Positions 1-9,875 of a DNA stretch of 61,035 nucleotides are shown one piece after another. A program made the translations under genes and the position numbers. How positions within the stretch are numbered: the first letter of the stretch is position 1; the number at the start of each line of letters is the position of its first letter. The notes below the pieces were generated by a model. The model made no database searches. It saw only the letters and a list, made by a program, of their open reading frames with translations, and was not told where the DNA came from. The stretch comes from Vicinamibacteria bacterium. Lineage in GTDB: Bacteria > Acidobacteriota > Vicinamibacteria > Vicinamibacterales > UBA8438. The DNA lies in the NCBI GenBank assembly GCA_022821235.1, contig JAJEEA010000534.1:1-61035 (forward strand), given 5' to 3'.

Positions 1-499
1 CGGAGCCGGTCGCCCCGAGGCCGCCGGCCTGCGCCGCCCGCCGGCGCGCCTGCGCCGCCTCGGTCAGCGGCGGCCGGCGCCCGTTCGGCAGATCGATGAT
101 GAGCGACGTGCGGTTGTCCAGCGTCCGCTCGACCAGCCAGACCGCATTGTAGTTGCCGGTGACGACGTCGAAGTCCTGGAACTCGGCGTTGCCCAGGGCC
201 TGCTGAATCAGCCGGTCGCCGAGCAGGTCGCCGGCCTGCTCGGCGTCGCGAAACTCCTGGATGCGTGCGGTCAGCTCGGCCAGCTCCTCGTCGGTCAGCC
301 GCGCCTTGTCGCCGAGCTGCTCGGGGCGCTCCATCGGGGTGGCGCTGTTGTTGGCCCAGATGCCCTGCAGGTCGGGATGCCCGTCGGCCGTCCGGGGCAC
401 CGCCCAGCCCTCGGGCGCCTGCCCCGCCGCCGCCAGCGGCAGCATCGCCACGCCCAGCACCGCCATCACCGACACCCGCACCAACCTCTGCTTCCTCAT
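1..499 (-). CDS. Secreted hypothetical protein, N-terminal part only (the gene runs off the window start). Paralog of 35298..36323.
   Basis: Absent from the ORF track because it has no in-window stop. My translation from the ATG at 499-497 gives MRKQRLVRVSVMAVLGVAMLPLAAAGQAPEGWAVPRTADGHPDLQGIWANNSATPMERPEQLGDKARLTDEELAELTARIQEF... It has a signal peptide followed by the same DGxPDLQG(I/V)W block and acidic helix as the 35298..36323 protein. Confidence 0.6.
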   Translation of the reverse strand, partial: MRKQRLVRVSVMAVLGVAMLPLAAAGQAPEGWAVPRTADGHPDLQGIWANNSATPMERPEQLGDKARLTDEELAELTARIQEFRDAEQAGDLLGDRLIQQALGNAEFQDFDVVTGNYNAVWLVERTLDNRTSLIIDLPNGRRPPLTEAAQARRRAAQAGGLGATGS

Positions 500-581
500 G
501 GCCGCTGCTCCTTGCTACTTCTTCTGCGGTCCCGGCCGGATCGTCCTTGCCGGGAGTATCGTCGGGGAACGGCCGACGAAC

Positions 582-788
582 CTACGTCGACGGAGACCGA
601 AAGTAGTATCCGACAATCGCCCCCATCAGGGGGCCGAGATAAAGAACGCATCGCTGCAGGATGGCTCCCATGTCGGCAGGGGCAATATAGCCAAGAACCA
701 GGAGCACTACCGTGAACACCAAGATGCCGACAAAGACGCAGGTGAAAATCAGGGCGATCCAGCCGCGGATCCTGGCGTCGTAGGTCAC
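582..788 (-). CDS. Small two-helix membrane protein, hypothetical
   Basis: The 68-aa ORF has two hydrophobic stretches (WIALIFTCVFVGILVFTVVLLVLGYI and LYLGPLMGAIVGYYF). Its start overlaps the upstream gene's stop by 4 nt. Local GC is lower. Confidence 0.5.
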   Translation of the reverse strand: MTYDARIRGWIALIFTCVFVGILVFTVVLLVLGYIAPADMGAILQRCVLYLGPLMGAIVGYYFRSPST

Positions 789-1261
789 GGTCCGACACTC
801 AGCCTGCCGTGGATCATGCCGCCGACGCCAGGTCCCGTGTAGAAACCCGGTATCGCTTCTTCCTCGACGTGCCAGGCGCCCCAGGGCGCCTTCAGCGAAG
901 TCGATCCGTCCGCGCTCAGGACGAGATACAAATCCGTGCCAATCTCAAGAAGCTCGACGTTCGCGACGTGCCGCTGATCCCACTTCCGCCGAAGGATCCC
1001 ACGGCCTTCGGACGTCTTCGTCGTCATTTGCATGGAAAGGGAAACCACCGTCGCCCCGTCTTGTCCACGCTCCCTGGACAGGTCGATCTCGACAGAGCCG
1101 AGCTGCGTCCGAAGGTCATCCCAGCTCACGGCGTGCGTGGACCGGTCCGCCAACCACCCGGATGCCAACCCTTGGACTTCCTCAGGCTGTTCCTCCTGCC
1201 CGGCCTGGGCGCTGGCGGGCGCTACGAACAACAGAACAGCCAGAATCCTGAAGAACATCAC
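785..1261 (-). CDS. Secreted hypothetical protein
   Basis: The 158-aa ORF has an N-terminal signal peptide (MMFFRILAVLLFVAPASAQA) and non-shadow amino-acid composition. It is translationally coupled to 582..788. Confidence 0.6.
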   Translation of the reverse strand: MMFFRILAVLLFVAPASAQAGQEEQPEEVQGLASGWLADRSTHAVSWDDLRTQLGSVEIDLSRERGQDGATVVSLSMQMTTKTSEGRGILRRKWDQRHVANVELLEIGTDLYLVLSADGSTSLKAPWGAWHVEEEAIPGFYTGPGVGGMIHGRLSVGP

Positions 1262-1450
1262 ACCGCCTCCCGTCCACGGGAATCTCTCCCCGCACCCACC
1301 GCTACGTTAGCACGTCCACGCCCGACTTCGGCTCATCGGTCGTTTGCGGCCGGCGTGGCGATGCAGGCCATGATGGCGTACCCGGCACGGGCGCAGACAC
1401 CGTTCCCTGCTGCCGTCGGATCGACGCGCTGCCCCCTGCTCGCCTCGTCA

Positions 1451-2722
1451 TCACGCATCGTCGTCCTCCGGCATGATCACGAACTCGGGGTACGCCTCCA
1501 TGCCGAGCTCCGCCACGTCCTGGCCGAGCTGCTCGACCCGGTCGGACACGCGGACGCCGACGGTCTTCTCCAGCCCGATCCACAGCAGCCAGGACAGGAC
1601 GAACACGAACGCGCCGACGGAGACCACCCCCAGGAGCTGCACGCCGATATTGCCGCCGGCCGCGATGCTGACCGCGAGCGTGCCCCACACCCCGGCGAAG
1701 AGGTGGGCCGGCACCGCGCCCACGACGTCGTCCACCCGCAGGGTCTCGAGCAGCCGCATGGCGGCGATGCAGACGACACCGCCGATGGCGCCGATGACCA
1801 GGGCCCAGGGGTGCTGCACGATGTCGGGGCCGGCGGTGATGGCGACGAGCCCCCCGAGGGCGCCGTTCAGGCCCCCGAGCAGATCGACGCGGCCGAGAAT
1901 GGGCCGCGAAAGGGCGAGGGCGGCGATGAAGCCGGCCGCGCCGCCCAGGTTAGTGTTGACCAGCACGTTGCTCATCGAGACCGCCTCGGCGACGCTGCCG
2001 AGCGCGAGCACCGAGCCCCCGTTGAACCCGAACCAGCCGAACCACAGGATGAAGACGCCCAGGGTCACGGTCGGGATGCTCGACGGGGGCGTCGCCCGGA
2101 CCGTCCCGTCCTTGCGGAACTTGCCCCGCCGGGGGCCCACCACGAGGAGGCCGGCCAGCGCCGCCCACCCCCCGGTGCCGTGCACGATGGTCGACCCCGC
2201 GAAGTCCTGGAACCCGAGCTGGTAGAGCCAACCTTCGCCCCAGGTCCAGGCGCCCACGATGGGATAGATGACCGCGGTCAGCACGAGGGTGAACGCGAAG
2301 AACGACCACAGCTTGACCCACTCGGCGAGCGCCCCCGAGACGATGGACGCGGCGGTGGCGACGAAGACCATCTGGAAGAACCAGTCGGACATCACCGAGT
2401 AGCCGTTGGCGACGACCGCCGCCTCCGCCTCGGCGTTCCCGCCGAGCAGGGCGATCTCGTCGGCCGAGGGGCCGTAGAGGAACCGCACCGAGCCGATCAC
2501 GCTCCCTACGTCGACGTACATCAGGTTGTAGCCGATGAGGTAGAAGGCGATGCCCGCGACGGAGTACAGCCCGACGTTCTTCAGGCAGATGACCGACGCG
2601 TTCTTCGTGCGGACCGAGCCGGACTCGAGCATCGTGAAGCCGGCCGCCATCCACATGACGAGCCCGCCCCAGATGAGGAAGGAGAACGTGTTGAAGATGA
2701 ATCGGACCTCGTCACTGACCAT
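1451..2722 (-). CDS. amt: Ammonium transporter (Amt/MEP family)
   Basis: The 423-aa polytopic protein shows typical Amt sequence, including FIFNTFSFLIWGGLVMWMAAGFTMLESGSVRTKN, GGWAALAGLLVVGPRRGKF, FGWFGFNGGS and VPAHLFAGVWGTLAV. Confidence 0.95.
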   Translation of the reverse strand: MVSDEVRFIFNTFSFLIWGGLVMWMAAGFTMLESGSVRTKNASVICLKNVGLYSVAGIAFYLIGYNLMYVDVGSVIGSVRFLYGPSADEIALLGGNAEAEAAVVANGYSVMSDWFFQMVFVATAASIVSGALAEWVKLWSFFAFTLVLTAVIYPIVGAWTWGEGWLYQLGFQDFAGSTIVHGTGGWAALAGLLVVGPRRGKFRKDGTVRATPPSSIPTVTLGVFILWFGWFGFNGGSVLALGSVAEAVSMSNVLVNTNLGGAAGFIAALALSRPILGRVDLLGGLNGALGGLVAITAGPDIVQHPWALVIGAIGGVVCIAAMRLLETLRVDDVVGAVPAHLFAGVWGTLAVSIAAGGNIGVQLLGVVSVGAFVFVLSWLLWIGLEKTVGVRVSDRVEQLGQDVAELGMEAYPEFVIMPEDDDA

Positions 2723-3165
2723 TCCCTCGCTCCTTCCTCCCCCGCTGCCTCGCCGGCGGCGCGGGGACCGGTGGCACGGGGACCGGCGGCACGGGGCGCC
2801 GGACCTGGCACGGGGGTGCGGCGGGGCGGTCTCGCCCCCGCGAAGTCAGCGTGCGAAGCCCGCCCGGGGGAAGGCTCGCCCGGGGATCGTGGTCTCGCGG
2901 CTCCGCTCCCCGCACCAGCCGGCCCGCCGTGAGCCTGCGCCGCCAGGGACAGCGATCGACACCACCTCGCCAACTGCAGCCCCACGCAGTCCGTCTCTGC
3001 AGTTCTCGAGCGCGGCACGTGGCGACGTATTCCCGTGGCCGTCCTGAAATGGCGCAGACATCAGGACGGCCATCGAAGATGAAGTTGCCCACTTCGCCCG
3101 CGCGCAACCCGTTTTCTGCGGCTTCCTGCGCTCGGCGCGCGGCAAGGTGATTCCGGTCAGCGTCT

Positions 3166-4752
3166 CTACTGCTCCGCCGTACGCGGCACGTCGCGCAGGC
3201 GCTCCTGCAAGGTGCCGGGAATGCCGAGCCGCGTGTTGGCCCCGAGGCGTGCGAGGAGGGCGGCGGTCTCGGGCCAGCTCTGGAACTGGAACGACTGCTT
3301 CGACCCCTCGGCCATCCGGTACGCGGTGCGGCCGCGGAAGTCGCGCGCGTCGATGTCGGCGCCGTTGGCCACCAGATACTCGACGACCTCGTTCAGCCCG
3401 CGGAACGCGGCCCCGTGCAGGGCCGTGAAGTCGGCCTCGTTGACCGCGTCGATGTCCGCCCCCGCCTCGAGGAGGATGCGGACCGCCGCCTCCGCGCCGG
3501 GCGACCGGACGCCCCGCGGCTCGCGCGGGGTGTAGGTCGAGCGGCCGAGCCCCGCCGCGGCCATGAACGGCGTCGTCCCGTCGACGGTGGTCAGGTGCTG
3601 GTCGGCGCCGGCCGCGAGCAGCGCCTCGAGAATCTTGCCGCCGCTCGGGGTGTAGCTGCGTGCGCCGGAGTAGCGGGGGGCGGGGCGGTTCAGCTCGAAC
3701 GCCGCGACCCACAGCGGCGTGGCCCCCCGGAGGTCGCCGGTGCCGCAGGCGAACGGCTCGAACGCGCCCTTCCGGGGATAGCCGATGTAGTTCATGATCA
3801 TCGCCGAGGTCGTGATGCGCCCGTTCGGGTCGGCGCCGGCCGCGAGGAGGGCCTCGACGAGGCGCAGCCGACTGTCCGAGTCGAGGCCGCTCCGGCCGAA
3901 CTGGGCGTAGCGGTCGATGTCGTTGTGCCGGCGGTTCCAGTCGGTCATCCACGTGAAGATGCTGCCGGCGGCGGCGTGCAGGGCCGGCACCCCCGCCATC
4001 GTCCCGTTCGGGTCGGCGCCGCGCTCGATCAGGAAATGCGCGAACGCGTCGTGGCCGGAGACGATGGCGTAGGGCAGGGCGTGGGTGTCGTCGGTCCCCG
4101 TCTCGTCCGGGTGGACGCCGGCCGCGAGCAGCGTCCCCGCCATCGCGACGTCGCCGTTGCGGGCCGCGTAGAGCAACGGCGTGAACCCCTTGGCGGTCGA
4201 CGGGCGGGGGTCGGCGCCGGCGTCGAGGAGCGCGCGCACCACCGCGGGATGCGCCCCCGCCACCGCCCACATCAGGGCGGTGCTCCGGGTCTCGCGGGTC
4301 GCCGCGTTCGCGTCGGCCCCGTGCTCGAGCAGCGCCTCGACCACGGCCGCGCTGCCGGTCCGCGCCGCCGTCATCAGCGGCGTCAGCCCGCTCGTGCGGG
4401 CGACGTCCGCGCGGGCCCCGGCGGCCAGCAGGCGCTCGACCATCGGCAAGCTGGCGTTCTCGGCCGCCCGCTCGAGGGGCGTCACACCGTGGTCGTCGGC
4501 CGCGTTCACGTCGGCGCCGGCTCGGATGAGCCGGCCCGCGAGGTCGCCGTCGTCCCAATGGGCCGCCCACAGCAGCGCCGTCGCCCCGTCGGCGCGCGAC
4601 GCGTTCACGTCGGCGCCGGCCACGAGCAGGTCGTGCACGGCCTGCGCGTCCTGGGCCGCGACGGCGTCGACGAGCCGGACGTCCTGGCCGGAGGCCGCAC
4701 CGGCCACCAGCACCATCCCCGCAACGACGACGGCGACGGACACTCGCTGCAT
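3166..4752 (-). CDS. Secreted ankyrin-repeat protein
   Basis: The 528-aa ORF has a signal peptide (MQRVSVAVVVAGMVLVAGAASGQ). Repeated G-TPL--AA--G----V--LL--GAD-NA ankyrin units run throughout. Confidence 0.85.
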   Translation of the reverse strand: MQRVSVAVVVAGMVLVAGAASGQDVRLVDAVAAQDAQAVHDLLVAGADVNASRADGATALLWAAHWDDGDLAGRLIRAGADVNAADDHGVTPLERAAENASLPMVERLLAAGARADVARTSGLTPLMTAARTGSAAVVEALLEHGADANAATRETRSTALMWAVAGAHPAVVRALLDAGADPRPSTAKGFTPLLYAARNGDVAMAGTLLAAGVHPDETGTDDTHALPYAIVSGHDAFAHFLIERGADPNGTMAGVPALHAAAGSIFTWMTDWNRRHNDIDRYAQFGRSGLDSDSRLRLVEALLAAGADPNGRITTSAMIMNYIGYPRKGAFEPFACGTGDLRGATPLWVAAFELNRPAPRYSGARSYTPSGGKILEALLAAGADQHLTTVDGTTPFMAAAGLGRSTYTPREPRGVRSPGAEAAVRILLEAGADIDAVNEADFTALHGAAFRGLNEVVEYLVANGADIDARDFRGRTAYRMAEGSKQSFQFQSWPETAALLARLGANTRLGIPGTLQERLRDVPRTAEQ

Positions 4753-5218
4753 GGTCCTTCTCCTCGAGGCGGAACGCGCGGTGTTCGCGCCGTCCCGATC
4801 ACTAGCGGCGAATCACGGGCAGTATAGGGCAGGCTGGCGGCGAAGTCACCACGACCGGCCGGGCAGTGAAAGCCGTGCGTTCCGGACGACCGCCACGCGC
4901 CGCCACCACGCACGACGCGCCCCCGCCGGCCTCCTCCCGGCCGACATCTCCGGCGAGTCGCCGAACCGGGTCACAACGGACGCGGCCTTGAGTCGGAACC
5001 GTCCCCGCCACGCCACGGCTCGCCCGCGCGTCCCACTCGGGTGCGGTTCCCGGGATCGCCGATGCCCCGAGACTCCGTCGCGGTTGCCGCGTACGCTCGT
5101 CCCGCACAGGCGGCATAATAGGGCAGGATTTCGCATGAAGCAGGACTGGCGCGACCCGGCACGAGAGACCGCGGTACCACGGTCGCCGGAGACCGGCGCC
5201 GAGCGAAGGAGTCGAGGA

Positions 5219-6790
5219 ATGCGAGCCATCGTCGTCTGCCTGATGTCCCTGGCCGTCGCCGCCGGCGCCGCGACCGACGCGGCCGGGCAGGGCCCGAGCC
5301 TGGTCGACGCGGTGGCCGCGCAGGACGCCGACGCCGTCGAGGCGCTGCTCGCGGGCGGCGCCGACGTGAACGCGCTGCGTCCCGACGGGGCCACCGCCCT
5401 GACGTGGGCCGCGCACTGGGACGACCTCGCCCTCGCGGCGCGGCTCCTCGAGGCGGGGGCCGATCCCGATGCGGGCGACGACCACGGGGTGACGCCGCTC
5501 GAACGGGCGGCCGAGAACGCCAACCTCGCGATGGTCGAGCTGCTGCTGGACGGCGGCGCCGACGCCGGCGCGGCCCGGACGAGCGGCCTCACCCCCCTGA
5601 TGACGGCGGCGCGCACCGGCGACGCCGCCATCGTCGAGGCGCTCCTCGACAGCGGGGCGGACGTGAACGCGGTCACCGCCGAGACCCGGAGCAGCGCGCT
5701 GATGTGGGCGCTCGCGGCGCCCCATCATGACGTCGCGCGCCTGCTGCTCTCACGCGGGGCGGACCCGACGCTGGAGACCTCCGCCGGGTTCACGACGCTG
5801 ATGTTCGCGGCGCGCAACGGCGACGTGGCCATGGGCCGCGCCCTCGTCGAAGCCGGCGTCGACGTCAACGCGCCGGGGTCCGACGGGACCCAGGCCCTGC
5901 CGTTCGCGATCATCGCGGGCCAGGCCGGGTTCGCCCGGTTCCTGCTCGACGAGGGCGCCGACCCCAACCACCGGGCCGGCGGGGTCGCCGCCCTGCACGC
6001 CGCCGCCGGCGGCGTCGGCACGTGGCTGGGTGACTGGTACCGCCGCCACGGCCGTGTCGGCGGCCGGCTCCGCGCGAGCGAGAGGCTGGAGCTGGTCGAG
6101 GCCCTGCTCGCCGCCGGGGCGGACCCCAACGCGCGCATCACCTCGTGGGCGATGCTGATGTCCTACATCGGCTATCCGCGGAAGGGCGCCTTCGAGCCGT
6201 TCGCCCCCGGCACCGGCGACCTGCAGGGCGCCACCCCCCTCTGGGTGGCAGCGTTCGACCTGAACGGCGCGCCCAGCCAGGTGTTCAGCGTCATCCCCAG
6301 CTTCACCGGCAGCAGCACCGAGATCCTGACGCGGCTGCTCGAGGCCGGGGCCGACCTGACCCTGACCACCGTCGACGGGACCACGCCGCTGATGGCGGCG
6401 GCCGGCCTGGGCCGGGCCACCTACACGCCGCGCCAGCCACGCGGGGTGCGGTCGCCGACGTCGGAGGCGGCGGTGCGGCTGCTCGTGGAGGCCGGCGCCG
6501 ACGTCGACGCGACCAACTAGGCCGACTTCACCGCCCTGCACGGCGCTACCTTCCGGGGCCTGAACGAGGTCATCGAGTACCTCGTGGCCCAGGGCGCCGA
6601 CATCGACGCCCGCGACTTCCGCGGCCGCACCCCCTATCGCATGGCGGAGGGGGCCAAGCAGTCGTTCCAGTTCCAGAGCTGGCCCGAGACGGCCGAGCTC
6701 CTCGCCCGCCTCGGCGCCGACACCGACCTCGGCATTCCCGGCACCGTGCAGGAGCGCCTGCGCGACGTGCCCGTCGACGCGGTTCCCTGA
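5219..6790 (+). pseudogene. Ankyrin-repeat paralog of 3166..4752, interrupted by an in-frame TAG at 6518-6520
   Basis: An ATG at 5219 gives MRAIVVCLMSLAVAAGAATDAAGQ..., collinear with the paralog. At ...DVDATN*ADFTALHG the paralog reads ...DIDAVNEADFTALHG, so the change is GAG to TAG. ORF 6584..6790 continues in the same frame (5219 and 6584 are both 2 mod 3) with the conserved C-terminus DARDFRGRTPYRMAEGAKQSFQFQSWPETAELLARLGA. Confidence 0.7.
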
Positions 6791-6901
6791 CGACCGGAGG
6801 GTAGAGGAGGGTCGGCTGGGTACACCCGTGCGCGGCGCCCGAACTCGATCGGCGCGGCGGGTGTCCTGCCGGCCGGTGACACGCCCTCCAGCCCGACGGG
6901 G

Positions 6902-8785
6902 CTACCGCGCGAGGTCGGCCAGCGTCTTGTCGATGAGCTGGGGGACGTAGCTCCGGTACTGCGGCCGCATGCCGTCCCGCCCGCGCGGCAGGGCGCGGAT
7001 GGCGTCGACGGCGCCGCGGGCGCGTTCGTCGAGGTAGTCGAGGGCGTTCAGAGCCAGCACCGCCGTGAACAGGTCGTTGTCGTCGAGGTTCGCCCGCGCT
7101 AGCAGCACGTTGAGGGCGGGGGCCAGGTCCTCCGCCGCCCCGAACCGGCCCAACGCCTCCGCCGCCGTCACCTGAACGCTCGTCGACGGGTCGTCGAGGG
7201 CCGCGCGCAGCCGCAGACGCGCCGCGCCGACGGCCGACCCGCCGCGGGCGAGCAGACCGACCGCCCCCCAGTACCGCACCGCGCCGTCGGCATGGCCGAG
7301 GGCCGCCGTCATCTCCGGAACGGCGGGGACGCCGGGCCGCGTCGCCAGATCCGCCATCTCGACGATCTCGGCGAGGGGATAGCGGTCGTCGTCCTGCCCG
7401 AGGTCGTACGGCGCCCCGCCGCCGCTTCGTGCAAGCAGCTCCGGCTCGGGCAGGAAGCCGAGGTCGCGAATGGCGAACAGGTGGTCGCGCAGCGCGCCGC
7501 GCAGCCGCGCCAGGGTCGCCGCGTGCCCAGGATCGGCGGCGAGGTCGTTCACCTCGTCGGGGTCGGCCTCGAGGTCGTACAGCTCCTCCGCCGGCTTCGT
7601 CTCCCAGAAGCGGCGCTGCGCCGGCTCCAGCCGTCCCGCGTCGTACAGCGCCTTCCAGACCCGGGTGGTGGGCGTCTGGAACATGTAGGCCACGTGCTGG
7701 CCATAGACGCGGTGGGGGGCGTAGTTCCGCACGTACAGGTACCGCTGGTCGCGCACGCCGCGGACGAAGTCGTAGCGCTCGTCCATGCGGCCGCGGAACC
7801 CGTACAGGTACTCCGCGGCCGGGTCCCGATGCGGTCCCAGCCGCGCCCGCCCGTGCATGTGATCCGGCGGAGGAATGCCGGCGAGGCTGAGCATGGTCGG
7901 CGCCAGATCGACGAAGGCCGCAAGCTCGGCAGTGCTCTCGCCGGCGCGGTAACCGTCGCCCGCGAGATCGCGGAAGCGCGGCGGCACGTGGACGATCAGC
8001 GGCACCCGCAGCCCCGAGCTCAGCAGCGACCGCTTGCCCCGCGGCAGGCCCACGCCGTGGTCGCCGAAGTACACCACGACGGTGTCGCCGGCCAGCCCCG
8101 CCGCCTCGAGCTCGGCCAGGCGCTCGCCCACCTGCGCGTCCATCTCCGTCAGCCGGTCGTAGTACTGCGCCCAGTCCCGCCGCACCTCCGCGGTGTCCGG
8201 GTGATAGGCGGGGACCCGCACCCCGGCCGGGTCGTGCACCGCCCGGTGCGGCCGCTGGCGGATGCGGCTCTCGTGGGTGACGCCGAGGTTGAACACCGCG
8301 AAGAAGGGCGCCGCCCCCGGCCCGCCGTGCCCCGGACGGTTGCGCCAGTGCGCCTCGTTCGACGACTCGTCCCACACCCGGCCCGGCTTCTCGACGTTGT
8401 AGTCCTCCTTCGCGTTGTTGGTCGCGTAGTAGCCGGCCGCGCGCAGGAGCTGCGGGAACATCGGCACCCCGTCGGGCAGGCGCACCAGGCTGCGCATGTG
8501 GTGCGCCCCGACGGCCGGCGGATACATCCCGGTGATGATCGCGGTCCGCGCGGGCGCGCACACCGGCGCGTTCGACCACGCGTTCAGGTAGACCGTGCCG
8601 CGCTCGGCCAATCGATCCAGGTTCGGCGTGTCGGCGTACGCGTCACCGTAGGCCCCGAGGGCGGGCCCGTTGTCCTCGCTGCTCAGCCACAGGATGTTCG
8701 GCCGCTCCTGCGCGTGCGCCGCCCCGGCTCCGGCGACGACCGCAGCTCCCAGCACCAACGCCGCCACGATTGCCCTTGTGCGCAC
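6902..8785 (-). CDS. Secreted sulfatase (formylglycine-dependent) with a C-terminal HEAT-like repeat region
   Basis: The ORF has a signal peptide. The N-terminal sulfatase signature is NILWLSSEDNG ... APVCAPARTAIITG (a C-x-P-x-R formylglycine motif). The C-terminal ~170 aa carry HEAT-like repeats (AVRYWGAVGLLARGG, DPSTSVQVTAAEALGRFG). Confidence 0.9.
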   Translation of the reverse strand: MRTRAIVAALVLGAAVVAGAGAAHAQERPNILWLSSEDNGPALGAYGDAYADTPNLDRLAERGTVYLNAWSNAPVCAPARTAIITGMYPPAVGAHHMRSLVRLPDGVPMFPQLLRAAGYYATNNAKEDYNVEKPGRVWDESSNEAHWRNRPGHGGPGAAPFFAVFNLGVTHESRIRQRPHRAVHDPAGVRVPAYHPDTAEVRRDWAQYYDRLTEMDAQVGERLAELEAAGLAGDTVVVYFGDHGVGLPRGKRSLLSSGLRVPLIVHVPPRFRDLAGDGYRAGESTAELAAFVDLAPTMLSLAGIPPPDHMHGRARLGPHRDPAAEYLYGFRGRMDERYDFVRGVRDQRYLYVRNYAPHRVYGQHVAYMFQTPTTRVWKALYDAGRLEPAQRRFWETKPAEELYDLEADPDEVNDLAADPGHAATLARLRGALRDHLFAIRDLGFLPEPELLARSGGGAPYDLGQDDDRYPLAEIVEMADLATRPGVPAVPEMTAALGHADGAVRYWGAVGLLARGGSAVGAARLRLRAALDDPSTSVQVTAAEALGRFGAAEDLAPALNVLLARANLDDNDLFTAVLALNALDYLDERARGAVDAIRALPRGRDGMRPQYRSYVPQLIDKTLADLAR

Positions 8786-9156
8786 GATCGCCTCCAGTCG
8801 GCTCGAACGCGACCCGAGCCTGCCTGGCCTGCCGCAGGCATTCGGTGCAACTCGCCGGCATTCTACCGCGGTCGGGACGCTCGGACTTTCGGCCGATGAA
8901 ACGCAACGGCCGGACCGATGGACGGCGTCAGCGCATAACCGCGCCTGATCAGCGTCTTCACCGGCGATGAGCGCAACCGATGGGCAGCGTCAGGGGGACG
9001 GAGTCGCTGCTCAGGAAGCCGTGCCGCTATGGCTTCGGCCCGGGCGGTTGCGGGATCGGCTTCGGCTCCGGTGGCGCCTTGGGTGGCCGCGGCGGCGGAT
9101 GACCGATGCTCTGCTTGACTCTCACGAAGTCCGCTTCCGATCCCGTTCCGGCGCAA

Positions 9157-9657
9157 TCACCGAGCCAACGCGTACGCCTCGGCCTGGTCGAAGCACTGCG
9201 TGAGGACTCTCGTGTTGACGCGATAGCTGATGGACTGCAGGTCGATGGGCTCGATGCGGCGCTGGATGGCACGCAGGGATGCGCGGACCTCGTCGTGCGA
9301 CAGGCTGCCCCGCTCGCTCTCCGTCCAGAGATCGAGCGTCTCCTGATGAATCCGGCTCCAGTCCACGGCGAAGCCGGTGTGCTTCATCGCCACGGACCCG
9401 AGCTCGAGGGTGGACGACACGGCGGCCAGAATCGCCGTCGACAACGCGAAGAGGCCCGGGCCCAGCCCCAGGTCGCCGACGGCGGTGACGCCGGTCGCGC
9501 TCGACGTGAAGAAGATGGCCACCCGGAGGGCGCGATCCCGGACATGCGCGCGCTCGGCCATCCGCGAGAAATAGCGCTGGCGCATGTCGGCCTCGACGCG
9601 AGCGTTCCACAGCTCACGGCGCAACTCGGCGGACGCGGTTTCGCCGGCCATGGCCAT
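9157..9657 (-). CDS. Two-TM hypothetical protein, possibly SLATT-like
   Basis: The 166-aa ORF has an N-terminal amphipathic helix (ELWNARVEADMRQRYFSRMAERAHVRDRALRV). Two adjacent hydrophobic helices follow, then a helical tail. This layout resembles SLATT pore-effector domains, but the family call is by eye only. Confidence 0.5.
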   Translation of the reverse strand: MAMAGETASAELRRELWNARVEADMRQRYFSRMAERAHVRDRALRVAIFFTSSATGVTAVGDLGLGPGLFALSTAILAAVSSTLELGSVAMKHTGFAVDWSRIHQETLDLWTESERGSLSHDEVRASLRAIQRRIEPIDLQSISYRVNTRVLTQCFDQAEAYALAR

Positions 9658-9875
9658 GAATCAAGTATACGCGGATTGCCGATGGCCGCGCGGACCGCCG
9701 GCCGCCTCCTGCTCGGGCCACGGCAAGGGGCGGATCTGTGATTCGTCCGGGACCGTCCAGCCGTTCCGGACACGCTTCCGCACTCTCGGATAGCGGCGTC
9801 GGCGCGTGGAGAGTATCCTCTTGCCGCGGGTCACCGTGCGACCACGCTAGTCGAACCTCCCCTGCCGCACCCGTC

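Noticed and set aside
809-2932. A 707-aa plus-strand ORF, with several others at 1473-2654, overlapping the ammonium transporter
   Set aside because: The composition is R/P/G/A/H-rich with no motifs. It is antisense to a gene with unmistakable Amt sequence, a typical high-GC shadow ORF.
2846-4827. Long ORFs (574 aa minus strand, 470 aa plus strand) overlapping the first ankyrin gene
   Set aside because: Both have Arg/Pro/Gly-dominated low-complexity translations. The ankyrin frame has clear repeat structure and a signal peptide.
4815-5130. A repeated TA(T/A)AGGGCAGG motif (about 4819-4833 and 5113-5127) in the spacer between the ankyrin paralogs, considered as shared promoter elements
   Set aside because: There are only two short copies. 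They are in direct rather than mirrored orientation relative to the divergent genes. I cannot support a promoter call without -35/-10 context or conservation.
6518-6520. The in-frame TAG as programmed recoding (pyrrolysine or suppression)
   Set aside because: There are no pyl genes and no recoding signals in the window. The tRNA fragment's loop could be mis-read as CTA only with a non-pairing stem. The paralog has GAG at this position, so a simple point mutation or base-call error is the parsimonious reading.
6570-8899. A 669-aa minus-strand ORF and a 535-aa plus-strand ORF overlapping the sulfatase
   Set aside because: Both have shadow-ORF composition (poly R/G/A/P). The sulfatase frame carries the C-x-P-x-R signature.
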